Source: Gemmatales bacterium
GTDB taxonomy: Bacteria; Planctomycetota; Planctomycetia; Gemmatales; HRBIN36
Assembly (NCBI GenBank): GCA_041640595.1
Contig: JBEPZY010000002.1
Coordinates: forward strand, 404,651-468,650
Length of the DNA: 64,000 bases
Reading direction: 5' to 3'
Positions within the stretch are counted from its first letter, which is position 1; each line of letters begins with the position of its first letter. A model generated the notes under the pieces. That model did no database searches and was not told the origin of the DNA. It saw nothing but the letters and a program-made list of their open reading frames with translations. Below, piece by piece: positions 50,170-59,543 of this stretch. The position numbers and the translations under genes were made by a program.

Positions 50170-50460
50170 AGTGTTCTTCCTCCGGGAAATTGTGCCGGTG
50201 TTTATGGAGCTTCATCTTCGCTGGAGCCAGCCGCCTAGTCAGGCGGATCACTACAGCACTCAAGATTTTAGGGGAATCAGGGCGGTGGAATCAATCACGC
50301 TCCTGTCACTGGGCGTAGGTGGAAGTTACCATCTCGGTGGAGCAGGAAGTTGGTCAACAGCTTGGAGGCCGAGTTTAAGTGTGCGTTGGAGTTGCCGTCT
50401 CAGAGGAAGCCGATGTTCAATTGTGCCCGGCTGCAACCGATCCAGTGTGCGCAGAAGTCA

Positions 50461-52068
50461 TCATCGCGGTGGAGCAGGGGGCATGCGGAGAACGATATCG
50501 TCACCGCGTGGCTCATCCTCAAAGCTGCGTCCATTGTCATCCCTGCCGTTCGGGCCAACGCTGTAGAGCACGTATCCCTTCCCGGTACGACGGTAGATGG
50601 GTGGCTTACCAGAGAACAAGTCCGGCTCGATGCGCGGCAAGAAACCAGGTACGAGTTGCTCCAGCCGATCCGGATATTTGCCGGTCTGATCATGATACCT
50701 GGCCAGAGCAAAGGCTACATCAAGCAGGCGATCCATTTCTTCGGTGCGGCTCAGACTTGTGGAAATTCGCTGCCACAGTTGCGACGTTTGATGAGCTAAG
50801 TTTACTGCCCAACACCGGGCAGCTGTGCGCTTCTTGCCAGCGAGAACGTAGGCCATGATGAGTGGCCAGCGCAGTTGCTGCCCCAGCACATTGACCCGTT
50901 TAGCAGCCTGACCAAGCTCCGTTTCCAATTGATCGAGGCGCTTTTTGAATGCTGCAAGGTCGGGCTCTTTCAGACACTCCTCACAGCGGTCGAACCAGCG
51001 GTTGACAGTACGCAGCAGTTCCTCCCAATCCAGTCCGTTCAGCAGAAGCTGGTGTTCGAACTCGGTGGTAAGAGCCGGAAAGCCAAGTGCGGCCAGCGAA
51101 GAAGTCTGATCGAGAAACCGTCCGCGGTGAACGAGCTGCACCAAGTCTAAAACCTCTGCTCGCGATTTGAAGGCCAGGCTCGTGCGCCAGGTTGAAAGTG
51201 ATGCGACGTTTCGCCATTGCTGCTGGTAACGCATCCAGGTATCGCCGTCCAGCGAAGCCTTGCCGATATAAACGTTCAGAGCCGACCCAGCTAAGCTTTC
51301 CAAAGCCGAGCCTGCCAAAACTTCTATGATGGTCGGACCCTGCCGCATCATTCGACCCACACGTTTAACGGTCAGCAAATCATCCCAGGCCAGCCGATAC
51401 AAACCGTGGCGTGTTCGCAGCATGGCACGGGCTAAATACGCGTAGGCCAGTACACGAAAGGCCTGAACATCGGGGAGAGGTTGTTCAAAGAGAGTGAGGT
51501 TTGGGATCAACGGTCGGAAATAGCGAGGACGCTGCAATTCCAGGCTGAGGCGATTGAGCAAGTTTTCGTAGTCCCTGAGCCAGACCATCACCAGCGGGTA
51601 GTCATCTGCCTGCCACGGATAGCGCCAGGCCTTGCGAAGCTGATCATCGGCTTGCACGAGTGCTTCTATGGGGAGTTGGAATTTATTCGCCAGATAGCCG
51701 GTCACGGACAGGAAATAATCACCATCCACCGGCAAGGGATCGATCCCTAATGCCTGGAAAAAGGACTCGGGCAGAGGCGGACCACTTTGTGGAGACGGGC
51801 CCACAGCGGTGATAAGAGCCACGTAGGCATTGTCTTCGGGTTTGATCCCTTGGCCGAAATAGGCGTTGAGTGCGGACGCGTAATCTACGTAGCCATCTTG
51901 GTCGAGCGGGCCGGAGAAATAGGTCGTCTCGCGGCTCAATGGGAGTTTGGGCGTGGGTTTGGTTTCTTGCTGCTGTGCCAAACTCAGGCTGCACACCAAA
52001 GGCAGCAAAGCCAGCCCGAAACCCATCGCCTTCGCTATCCCGACCAACTTGCGAAGATTTGTCCGCAT
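50461..52068 (-). CDS. Exported hypothetical protein of a planctomycete-expanded type
   Basis: Signal peptide; SRETTY..GPLDQDGYVDY; C-terminal YPDRLEQLVP...DLFSG...LYSVGPNGRDDNG. Confidence 0.75.
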   Translation of the reverse strand: MRTNLRKLVGIAKAMGFGLALLPLVCSLSLAQQQETKPTPKLPLSRETTYFSGPLDQDGYVDYASALNAYFGQGIKPEDNAYVALITAVGPSPQSGPPLPESFFQALGIDPLPVDGDYFLSVTGYLANKFQLPIEALVQADDQLRKAWRYPWQADDYPLVMVWLRDYENLLNRLSLELQRPRYFRPLIPNLTLFEQPLPDVQAFRVLAYAYLARAMLRTRHGLYRLAWDDLLTVKRVGRMMRQGPTIIEVLAGSALESLAGSALNVYIGKASLDGDTWMRYQQQWRNVASLSTWRTSLAFKSRAEVLDLVQLVHRGRFLDQTSSLAALGFPALTTEFEHQLLLNGLDWEELLRTVNRWFDRCEECLKEPDLAAFKKRLDQLETELGQAAKRVNVLGQQLRWPLIMAYVLAGKKRTAARCWAVNLAHQTSQLWQRISTSLSRTEEMDRLLDVAFALARYHDQTGKYPDRLEQLVPGFLPRIEPDLFSGKPPIYRRTGKGYVLYSVGPNGRDDNGRSFEDEPRGDDIVLRMPPAPPR

Positions 52069-52342
52069 AGCATTCTCCCGAGCCACAACGAGCGAAGAAT
52101 TGTCCGGCGCTAAGTCTTCCCCGCCTGGTTAGGATGTCTCCGCACCATCGAGCATTGGACAGTGCCAGAGCCGACCACCCTGATTTTACCTATAGACGAA
52201 AGTGCCCAGCTCTTCAACCCTTGCCACGAAACCGAGCGGGCTCGCATTGTCCTGGAATACTTTGTTCGAGACTTACACTGACAAAGCAGTTGGCACCTTG
52301 CAACGAGAATTAGGGCCTTGAGGTTATCGGGCATTGCCGGGG

Positions 52343-53311
52343 CTAACGTCTCTCGGGTTCATCCGCATCCAGGCGAGTGAACCTTCTCTCAAGCGCAGCT
52401 AGATGTTGCGATAATGCCTTTTCGGGTTCGGGAATTACCTGCCGCAACCGTGCGGATAGGGGTAATGGTGAGGGATTATCCTGTGGTCTGGAAGGGGCCG
52501 AGCTGGATGTTGCCGTACACATCTTGTGCAGGTCTTGCAGATATTCGAGCAGTATTCGCCGGGCGCTATCCGGGCCTCGTAGAAAGAAATGTGCCCAGGC
52601 CCAGGCTTCCCGATAATCTTGGGGCGTCAGGTCGCGCATCCAGGCAAGCTTCTCCAGCCGTTCCAGGCTGGGCGACCAGGGCGTGGCCAGTTCTGCTCTG
52701 AGCGCGGCCAGGTGGCGGTAATGGACTCCGTCTTGTTCCTGCGGCACTTCAAAAAATTCCGCCAGGCCTTCATCGAGCCACATGGGAATATTAGGGCAGA
52801 CACTGTGCAATTCCGCGTGCGTCAATTCGTGGCGGAGGTCTTCGAGGATGCGGTCGCCCCAAAAGGCGAAGACGAGAAGCTCTTCTCCGGCAGGACCTGA
52901 TCGAGCCATAAAAATCGCCCGTCGCGGCGGCAAGTGGCGAAAGTGGGCATGCAAGTATCGTTCGTAAGCTCCGCGGTCGGCAAACAAATACACCTGCACA
53001 AGCGTCTGGCTCGGCGGCAGGTGCAATTCGTGGCGAACACGTTGCGGCAACCGTGCCACCTCCTGCAATACCGGATGCTCCGCCTGCAGCATCACATCGG
53101 AATGGAACAGATAACGGTCGCCGACGCGCAATTCGACTCGCCGTGGTGGCAAAGGCAGTTCTGGTAGGACGGGCGCTTTTGGCGTGAGGCAACCGGCCAG
53201 CCCCACCAAGAGCACAACTATTCCCCGTCGCCACCATGCCGACGACCGGAAATCATGGCTTGCGCATACGACTGGCTTGCCGCGGGAAGAATACCGCTGC
53301 GTGGCAATCAC
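52343..53311 (-). CDS. DUF1570-like zincin lipoprotein
   Basis: Lipobox LAGC; LRHELTH...PMWLDEGLAEFFE; start uncertain. Confidence 0.78.
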   Translation of the reverse strand: MIATQRYSSRGKPVVCASHDFRSSAWWRRGIVVLLVGLAGCLTPKAPVLPELPLPPRRVELRVGDRYLFHSDVMLQAEHPVLQEVARLPQRVRHELHLPPSQTLVQVYLFADRGAYERYLHAHFRHLPPRRAIFMARSGPAGEELLVFAFWGDRILEDLRHELTHAELHSVCPNIPMWLDEGLAEFFEVPQEQDGVHYRHLAALRAELATPWSPSLERLEKLAWMRDLTPQDYREAWAWAHFFLRGPDSARRILLEYLQDLHKMCTATSSSAPSRPQDNPSPLPLSARLRQVIPEPEKALSQHLAALERRFTRLDADEPERR

Positions 53312-53402
53312 CGGAGACCTGACGGGTATAGCCGCGTTTGCATTCGCAAACCGGCTCCTTCACCAGGCGACATGCAGGCGGGGACGCACCGATGCGTCAG
53401 TC

Positions 53403-53678
53403 CTAGCCAGCGGTCTTGACCAGTTTAGCAGTGGGAATGCTCAGCGTCGCCTGAGTGAGCCAGTGCCCGGCATCAGGTGTACCATGCCAGCGCTGCATCT
53501 GAATCGTTTGCACTCGGCTCCGTTCTTCGTCATCGAGCAACTCTTCAAAGGCGGACTGGTAGTTCGCACGTACCTGGGCCGACGAACGCCCCAAATACAG
53601 GAGCATTTCCGAACCGTCGGTGAAGACAACCAGAGCTCGCCAAACCTGGGGTTTGGTTTCGTTCAGGGTCTGCGACAT
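53403..53678 (-). CDS. Small hypothetical protein
   Basis: GGAGGG RBS before ATG 53678; protein-like sequence WRALVVFTDGSEMLLYLGRS. Confidence 0.65.
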   Translation of the reverse strand: MSQTLNETKPQVWRALVVFTDGSEMLLYLGRSSAQVRANYQSAFEELLDDEERSRVQTIQMQRWHGTPDAGHWLTQATLSIPTAKLVKTAG

Positions 53679-53874
53679 GATTTGTCCCTCCATGGTTCGA
53701 TCCGGATTCCGTTCGAGTGACATAGTGTAGCGGTGAGGCAAGCGGTTGTCAAACTGAGTTATCCCCAGTTTCGTACGGGCTGCCTGGCAAACCTTGCCGG
53801 ACAATGGCTGACGAAAAGTCCTTTTCGGCCTCGCGCACCGAACGCTCCCATCGTTCCACACAACCCTTCTTTCC

Positions 53875-54365
53875 AGCTCCCGGTAACGGGGTGGCGAGCG
53901 ACTATGAACCGGGGCATTCGCATTACGCGGCACTACCTTCCCGTTCCGGCAACGGGGTGGCAAGCAACTGTCGCAGGCCGTCGCAAAAGCCGTTGTTCGT
54001 TGGGAGCGGCCTGTTCACAGTCTGTCGCGTGTGGCTGCTGGTGAACCGTACTAATCGTGCCTCGCCCCAGCTTCCTTAACGGCTTCGTGTCGTGCTGTCG
54101 CGTGCCGCTGCGTGGGCCAACCGTACTGACGGGCTGTCAGGGGCCTTGCACCCGTGGTAGAGAAGCCCACCTCTCCCGTGTGGCTGTTTGGCCAACCGTG
54201 CTGACCACGCCGGTCATGCCGGCGGGACTGGATTCACTATCGGCTGCCATCCCGACTGTAACACTGTGCATCCATAACACCATGAGAGCACCTCGCTGGC
54301 GGACTGCATTCACTATCGACGGCCGTACCAGCTACCAACCGTAACTGACCACGCCGGGCATCCGG
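53875..54365. repeat. Degenerate intergenic repeats with ~66-76-bp spacing
   Basis: TCCGG-AACGGGGTGGC-AGC-ACT x2; CTGTCGCGTG...AACCGTACTGAC x3-4 (54022, 54095, 54171, 54335); GGACTG-ATTCACTATCG x2. Confidence 0.7.
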
Positions 54366-54496
54366 GCCACCTGTGCGCCAGGGGATCGCTGTCTTGCTGA
54401 TCCGTGCGGCAAGCACATGCATGACCGGCAACCCGACAACATGGCCGATGGTCGCTCTCTTGCTCATTTACGCTGCGAGTGCGGAGGATCGGCCCT

Positions 54497-56830
54497 TCAC
54501 CGAGCCTGTTTGCGCAAATCGCCGATGTACCACACCCGCACCGTGTTGTCCTCGCTTCCCGAAACGACGTATTGGCCATCGGGCGTCACCGCGACGCTAC
54601 TGACCCAATCCTCGCGCCCCGTGAACCGCCGCACCTCTTGCCCCGTCGCCAGGTCCCACAAACGCACCGTTTTGTCCCAGCTTCCCGAAACGACGTATTT
54701 GCTATCGGGCGTCACCGCGACGCTCCAGACCCCATCGTCGTGCCCCGTCAACCGCCGCACTTCTTGCCCCGTCGCCAGCTCCCATAAACGCACCGTGTGG
54801 TCCCAGCTTCCCGAAACGACGTATTTGCCATCAGGCGTCACCGCGACGCTCCTGACCGGCTGCTCGTGCCCCGTGAACCGCCGCACTTCTTTCCCCGTCG
54901 CCAAGTCCCACAAACGCACCGTTTTGTCATCACTTCCCGACACGACGTATTTGCCGTCCGGCGTCACCGCGACGCTCAAGACCGCATCGTCGTGCCCCGT
55001 GAACCGCCGCACTTCTTGCCCCGTCGCCAGCTCCCACAAACGCACCGTGTTGTCCCCGCTTCCCGAAACAACGTATTTGCCATCGGGCGTCACCGCGACG
55101 CTCCTGACCCAAGCCTCGTGCCCCCTCAGCACTGCGACTAGCAGAGGGTGCCATATCTCTTCCACGATAGTCAGGAGTTGGGTCTCTTCCCAGCCGAGGT
55201 AGCGCTGGCTCAGTTCCGGGCCGTAACGCACCCACATCTCCAGCGGCAACACGTCAGGCACCGATGCCATGCCGCGTTGCACATGCGACCAGCACTCCCG
55301 CAAATCCTCGCGTTGCCGACGCTCCAGCTGCTGCCAGACCTGCTGCCGCTGACTTTGCAACTTGGCCAGTAATTGCTGCTTCTTCGCCGACCATTGTTTT
55401 GGCAGATCGGCCAGCTTGCGTTCGATGTCCGCCACAGTGCCCGCCACGCTCTTGGCCTGCAACAGCCACTGAAAGAACGTCCACCGGCCAGTTTCGGGGC
55501 AGTAACGCAGAAACGCACTCGGCGGCAACGACTCGCCCTTCCGCAATTCCTGGTAGAGTTGCTGCACCAGCTCCCGATTCACGCCCGGCGGCAAGGGCAG
55601 TTTGTCCAGTTCCGCTTTCCTTTCCAAGAATGCTTGCCGCAATGCTTGTTCGGCTTGCTCCAGGGCAGCACGAACCAGTCGCAGGTCGGGATGCGATTCC
55701 GCTTCCACCTGCTCGATGGCCTCCGTGAGTGCGAGAAATTGCCCCTGCAACCTCGCCAGGTCTTCAGGCACCGGCGGCAATAGCGTAGGACGATGCTCCC
55801 GTGGCTGCACTGGCCCGACCTGGACGGCATCGAGCGACGGTAAATCCGGCACCTGTGCGACAACGGCCGGCCTGGCCGTCATCTGGCCGAGCATCAGTCG
55901 GCTTTCGAGTTGCTGGACGAAGCTCTTAGCCGAGGTGGGGCGGTCGTTGGGACGAGGCGATAACGCCTGCCGCACCCATTCCACCTCCGCCGCGGTCATA
56001 CCCTCCGTGCACGGGTCACCACGTTGCTGACGAGCAGTGATCTCGTGCGGGGTCGTGCCAAACGGCGGCTTGCCCGTCCGCAGATGCACATACGTCGCCG
56101 CCAGGCCGTACACATCTATCGTGCGATGCAACTGACCCCTCTCGCCCTCGCTCCGCGGATACGCCTCCAGCGGCAGATAGCCAACCGTGCCCACGCCCGT
56201 CTGCGACGCCGTGCTCAGCCCCGCCAGCTTGAGAAATCCGAGATCGCCCACCTTCACCTGCCCGCCCACCAGAAACAGGTTCTGCGGCTTGATGTCGCGG
56301 TGGAAAATGCCGCGGCTGTTGAGAAACTCGATGCCTTCCGCCGCCTGTTCCATCCACGGCATCAATTGATCCAACGGCAATCCGCATTGTCCGTTTTGCT
56401 GCTGATGCTCCCTGAGCCGGTCGAGCAACGTCCCCTCGCTGGCCAGTTCCCAGACGGTAACCAGGTGGCCGAGCACAACTTCGTAGCGAATCAGCGTCAA
56501 CACGTGCGGGTGGTTGCCGACCCGATGCAGCAACTCGATGGCTTCGAGTTCGCGCTGCACCGCCGCCTGCACATCGTTCGCATTGCCCGCCACTTCTTCC
56601 AGCGAAAACCGGCTGATTTTGACGGCCCGTTCGACGCCATCCACGACTTCCCGATACACCATGCCGAACCCGCCCTGGCCGATTTCGTGGTCGAGATGCC
56701 AGCCGTACTCTCGCCGCAAAAAGTCCACGACCGCCTGAAACCCACGCCCTTCCGGCTGCAACCCGCGCTCCTCTCGCTGCAACCCGTGTCCCTCTGCCTG
56801 AAATCCGCGACCCTGTGGCTGCTGCATCAT
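54497..56830 (-). CDS. Hanks-type Ser/Thr kinase with helical linker and 5 near-identical WD40 repeats
   Basis: GQGGFGMVY, AVK, HRDIKPQN, DLG; 126-bp WD40 units starting 55123, 54997, 54871, 54745, 54619; N-terminal 7-aa repeats (QxExRGF/L). Confidence 0.93.
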   Translation of the reverse strand: MMQQPQGRGFQAEGHGLQREERGLQPEGRGFQAVVDFLRREYGWHLDHEIGQGGFGMVYREVVDGVERAVKISRFSLEEVAGNANDVQAAVQRELEAIELLHRVGNHPHVLTLIRYEVVLGHLVTVWELASEGTLLDRLREHQQQNGQCGLPLDQLMPWMEQAAEGIEFLNSRGIFHRDIKPQNLFLVGGQVKVGDLGFLKLAGLSTASQTGVGTVGYLPLEAYPRSEGERGQLHRTIDVYGLAATYVHLRTGKPPFGTTPHEITARQQRGDPCTEGMTAAEVEWVRQALSPRPNDRPTSAKSFVQQLESRLMLGQMTARPAVVAQVPDLPSLDAVQVGPVQPREHRPTLLPPVPEDLARLQGQFLALTEAIEQVEAESHPDLRLVRAALEQAEQALRQAFLERKAELDKLPLPPGVNRELVQQLYQELRKGESLPPSAFLRYCPETGRWTFFQWLLQAKSVAGTVADIERKLADLPKQWSAKKQQLLAKLQSQRQQVWQQLERRQREDLRECWSHVQRGMASVPDVLPLEMWVRYGPELSQRYLGWEETQLLTIVEEIWHPLLVAVLRGHEAWVRSVAVTPDGKYVVSGSGDNTVRLWELATGQEVRRFTGHDDAVLSVAVTPDGKYVVSGSDDKTVRLWDLATGKEVRRFTGHEQPVRSVAVTPDGKYVVSGSWDHTVRLWELATGQEVRRLTGHDDGVWSVAVTPDSKYVVSGSWDKTVRLWDLATGQEVRRFTGREDWVSSVAVTPDGQYVVSGSEDNTVRVWYIGDLRKQAR

Positions 56831-56974
56831 AGGTGACCCTCGCTGCAACCTAGCGGCCCCTCCGGCCAGCCAGTCCTGTTCCGACCTGTGGCTGCTGCAT
56901 TATAGGCGACTTTCGCTGCAACCCGCGACCTTCTGGCTGCTGTATCGCAGGCGACTTCCGCCGCATTGCTTACT

Positions 56975-57290
56975 CAGCCGGCTCAGAGGCGACTTAGTGC
57001 CCAAGCGATATCATAGGCGATTTTCGCGGCGTTGCCTGCTCGGCCGGCTCAGAGGCGACTTAGTGCCGAAGCGATGTCATAGGCGATTTTCGCAGCGTTG
57101 CCTGCTCGGCCGGCTCAGAGGCGACTTAGTGCCGAAGCGATGCCATAGGCGATTTTCGCGGCGTTGCCTGCTCGGCTGCCTCAAAGGCGACCCAGTGCCG
57201 AAGCGATGTCATAGCCGACCCTCGCCACGTTGCCTGCTCGGCCGGCTCAGAGGCGACGTCATGCCAAAGCCATGTCACAGGCGACTTTCG
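56975..57290. repeat. 66-bp tandem repeat, about 5 copies
   Basis: GCTCAGAGGCGACTTAGTGC at 56981, 57047, 57113, with variants at 57179 and 57245. Confidence 0.9.
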
Positions 57291-57299
57291 CTACGGTGC

Positions 57300-57550
57300 T
57301 TACCGCCCAGCCGGCACTTGCCGGCGCACTCGTTCCTGGCACGCGGTCAGCCTCATCCTCAGCGTCTCCGCCCAGCCGACACTTGCCGACAGGCCGTGCA
57401 CGTTCCTGGCTGGGGCACCGTCCGCGCCATCCTCGCCGTCTCCGCCCAGCCGGCACTTGCCGACACGCTCGGCACAATCGTTCCTGGCACGCGGTCAGCG
57501 CCATTCTCAGCGTCTCCGCCCAGCCGGCACTTGCCGAGACAGTCGGCACA
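57300..57550. repeat. CCGCCCAGCCGGCACTTGCCG repeat, 4 copies with 64-74-bp spacing
   Basis: Copies at ~57304, 57368, 57442, 57516. Confidence 0.85.
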
Positions 57551-57589
57551 CTGCTACCGTTGATGGCCATTATACCCGCCAGCGTGCCC

Positions 57590-57945
57590 TCCGCAATCAA
57601 TCGCCCGGTCTCGCCGGCTGTGGAGAAATCCGGCGAGGCAGTCGCTTGCCCTGCGGGCCGCAATCCATCGCATGGTCTGGCAAGCCGTGGAGAGATTCGG
57701 CGAGCAAGTCGCCCATACTCCGCAATCCATCGCATGGTCTCGCCGGCTGTGGAGAAATCCGTTGAGGAGGTCAGTTCGCGTGCAATACGGAATCCATTGC
57801 ATGGTCTGGCAAGCCGTGGAGAGATTCGCCAAGCAAGTCGCCCATAGTCCGCAATCCATCGCATGGTCTCGCCGGCTCTGGAGAAATCCGGCGAGGACGT
57901 CAGTTCGCGTGCAATACGCAATCCATCGCATGGTCTTGCCCAGGG
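57590..57945. repeat. CAATCCATCGCATGGTCT repeat, alternating 62/67-bp units (129-bp dimer)
   Basis: Cores at ~57594, 57662, 57724, 57791, 57853, 57920. Confidence 0.88.
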
Positions 57946-57994
57946 AGACTGCCGACGTTGTGCTGACGGTCGCCACCGCGCGTACGTGATGGAT

Positions 57995-59106
57995 AACCAC
58001 GGGGGGCTTACGCCCTCCGTTCTTGTATTGCACGAATGCACGCCTGCTGGGGATTTGCGGTTTCCGCTGCACGCGCGTAACCCAACCACGGGGGGCTGAC
58101 GCCCCCGCTCTTGGCTGTACATGCGTTTGTGCATCGCAAAAGTCGTCATTTCACCGGCACACGTTCGCGCCTGCAAACAGGAGCGACGGGTGTCAGCCCG
58201 CCGTGGTGTGCGGAAACGCATTTGCAAGGGCGATACCCCAAACATGCAGGGGACCGTCCCCGGTGTGCCAGCGAACGTTATTGCAATCGCGTTCGCCGGG
58301 CGACCGTCGGTAGTGTTCCGAGTAACTGGGCGGTGGCATTGCGAACGCGCTTCTGCGAACCACGGGGGGCTTACGCCCCCGCTCTTGGCTGTCGGTCGCA
58401 TGTCGCTGAACGGTGCTCGATTTTTCCAGCACGCCGTTCGTGTTACCGAACCACGGGGGCTGACGCCCCCCGCTCTTGTGTTGTGCGAATGCGCGTCTGC
58501 TGGGGATTTGCGGTTTCCGCTGCACGCGCGTAACCTAACCACGGGGGGCTCACGCCCCCCGCTCTTGGCTGTATATGCGTTCGTGTATCGCAAAAGTCGC
58601 CATTTCACCGGCAAACGTTGGCGCCTGCAAACAGGAGCGGCGGGCGTGAGCCCGCCGTGGTGTGCGGAAACGCATTTGCAAGGGCGATAGCGCAAACGTG
58701 CAGGAGACTGCCGCCAGTGTGCCGGCGAACGTCGTTGCAATCGCGGTCGCCGGGGGAGCGTCGGTAGTGTTCCGAGTCATTGCGCGGTGGCATTGCGAAT
58801 GCGTTTCGGCGAACCACGGGGGGCTGACGCTCGCCCCGCTCTTGGTTGTCGGTCGCATGTCGCTGAACGGTGCTCGATTTTTCCAGCACGCCGCTCGTGT
58901 TACCTAACCACGGGGGGCTTACGTCCCCGCGATCTTGCGTTGCGCGAATGCGCGTCTGCTGGAGATTTGCGGTTTCCGCTACACGCGCGTTACCCAACCA
59001 CGGGGGGCTTACGCCCCCCGCTCTTGGTTGTGCATGCGTTTGTGCATCGCGAAAGTCGCCATTTCGCCGGCACAGGTTCGCGCATTCAAACAGAAGCGGC
59101 GGGCGT
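57995..59106. repeat. Mosaic REP/BIME-like array 2: same palindrome family, ~455-bp higher-order unit x~2.5
   Basis: AACCACGGGGGGCTTACGCCCCCCGCTCTTG x8 plus 3 inverted AGCGGCGGGCGTGAGCCCGCCGTGG (last one partial); equivalent positions at 58084, 58537, 58996. Confidence 0.93.
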
Positions 59107-59543
59107 GCATGTTCCAGGTGCTGCCGAGTAAACAGGCCATCCGACGCAATCGTTATCGTTCCCATGCCATACGTCTGGCGGAGCGTAGTTGTCTAGCTGA
59201 GCTGTCTTGTGCCAAACTGGATCATCCCCATGTCAGACGTTCAGCGGAGCGGCCGTTAAAACTGGCGATACGTCAGATTGGCAAATGGTCTTTCTGCGGC
59301 ACAGAGCTGGAGAACGCTTTGCGGCGATTGCCCAGGCTTTTCGTCTGCAGTGGTCAAAAGGTCTTTCTGCGACACAGAGTCAAACAAGCGTCCGCCAACG
59401 GCAAAAACCAGTCAGCCGCCAAACGTAATTCACGTGTTTGCGAGCGATTGGCTGTTCCGAGAGTGCATCCCAGAGTAAATCACTGTTTGCGACGGACGGC
59501 ACGTTCGGGGTACTGCCGAGCGTCAGGATGAATAGCATGCCTG

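Noticed and set aside
52291..52303. TGGCACCTTGCA as a sigma-54 promoter
   Set aside because: GG-to-GC spacing is wrong.
54497..55123. Diversity-generating retroelement acting on the WD40 repeats
   Set aside because: No reverse transcriptase or separate template repeat in the window, and I saw no clear adenine-specific pattern.
54417..55202. Plus-strand 261-aa repeat ORF
   Set aside because: Antisense shadow of the WD40 repeats.
56997..59531. ORFs 56997-57563, 57259-58740, 58605-59165 and similar
   Set aside because: Repeat-derived open frames with no recognisable domain.
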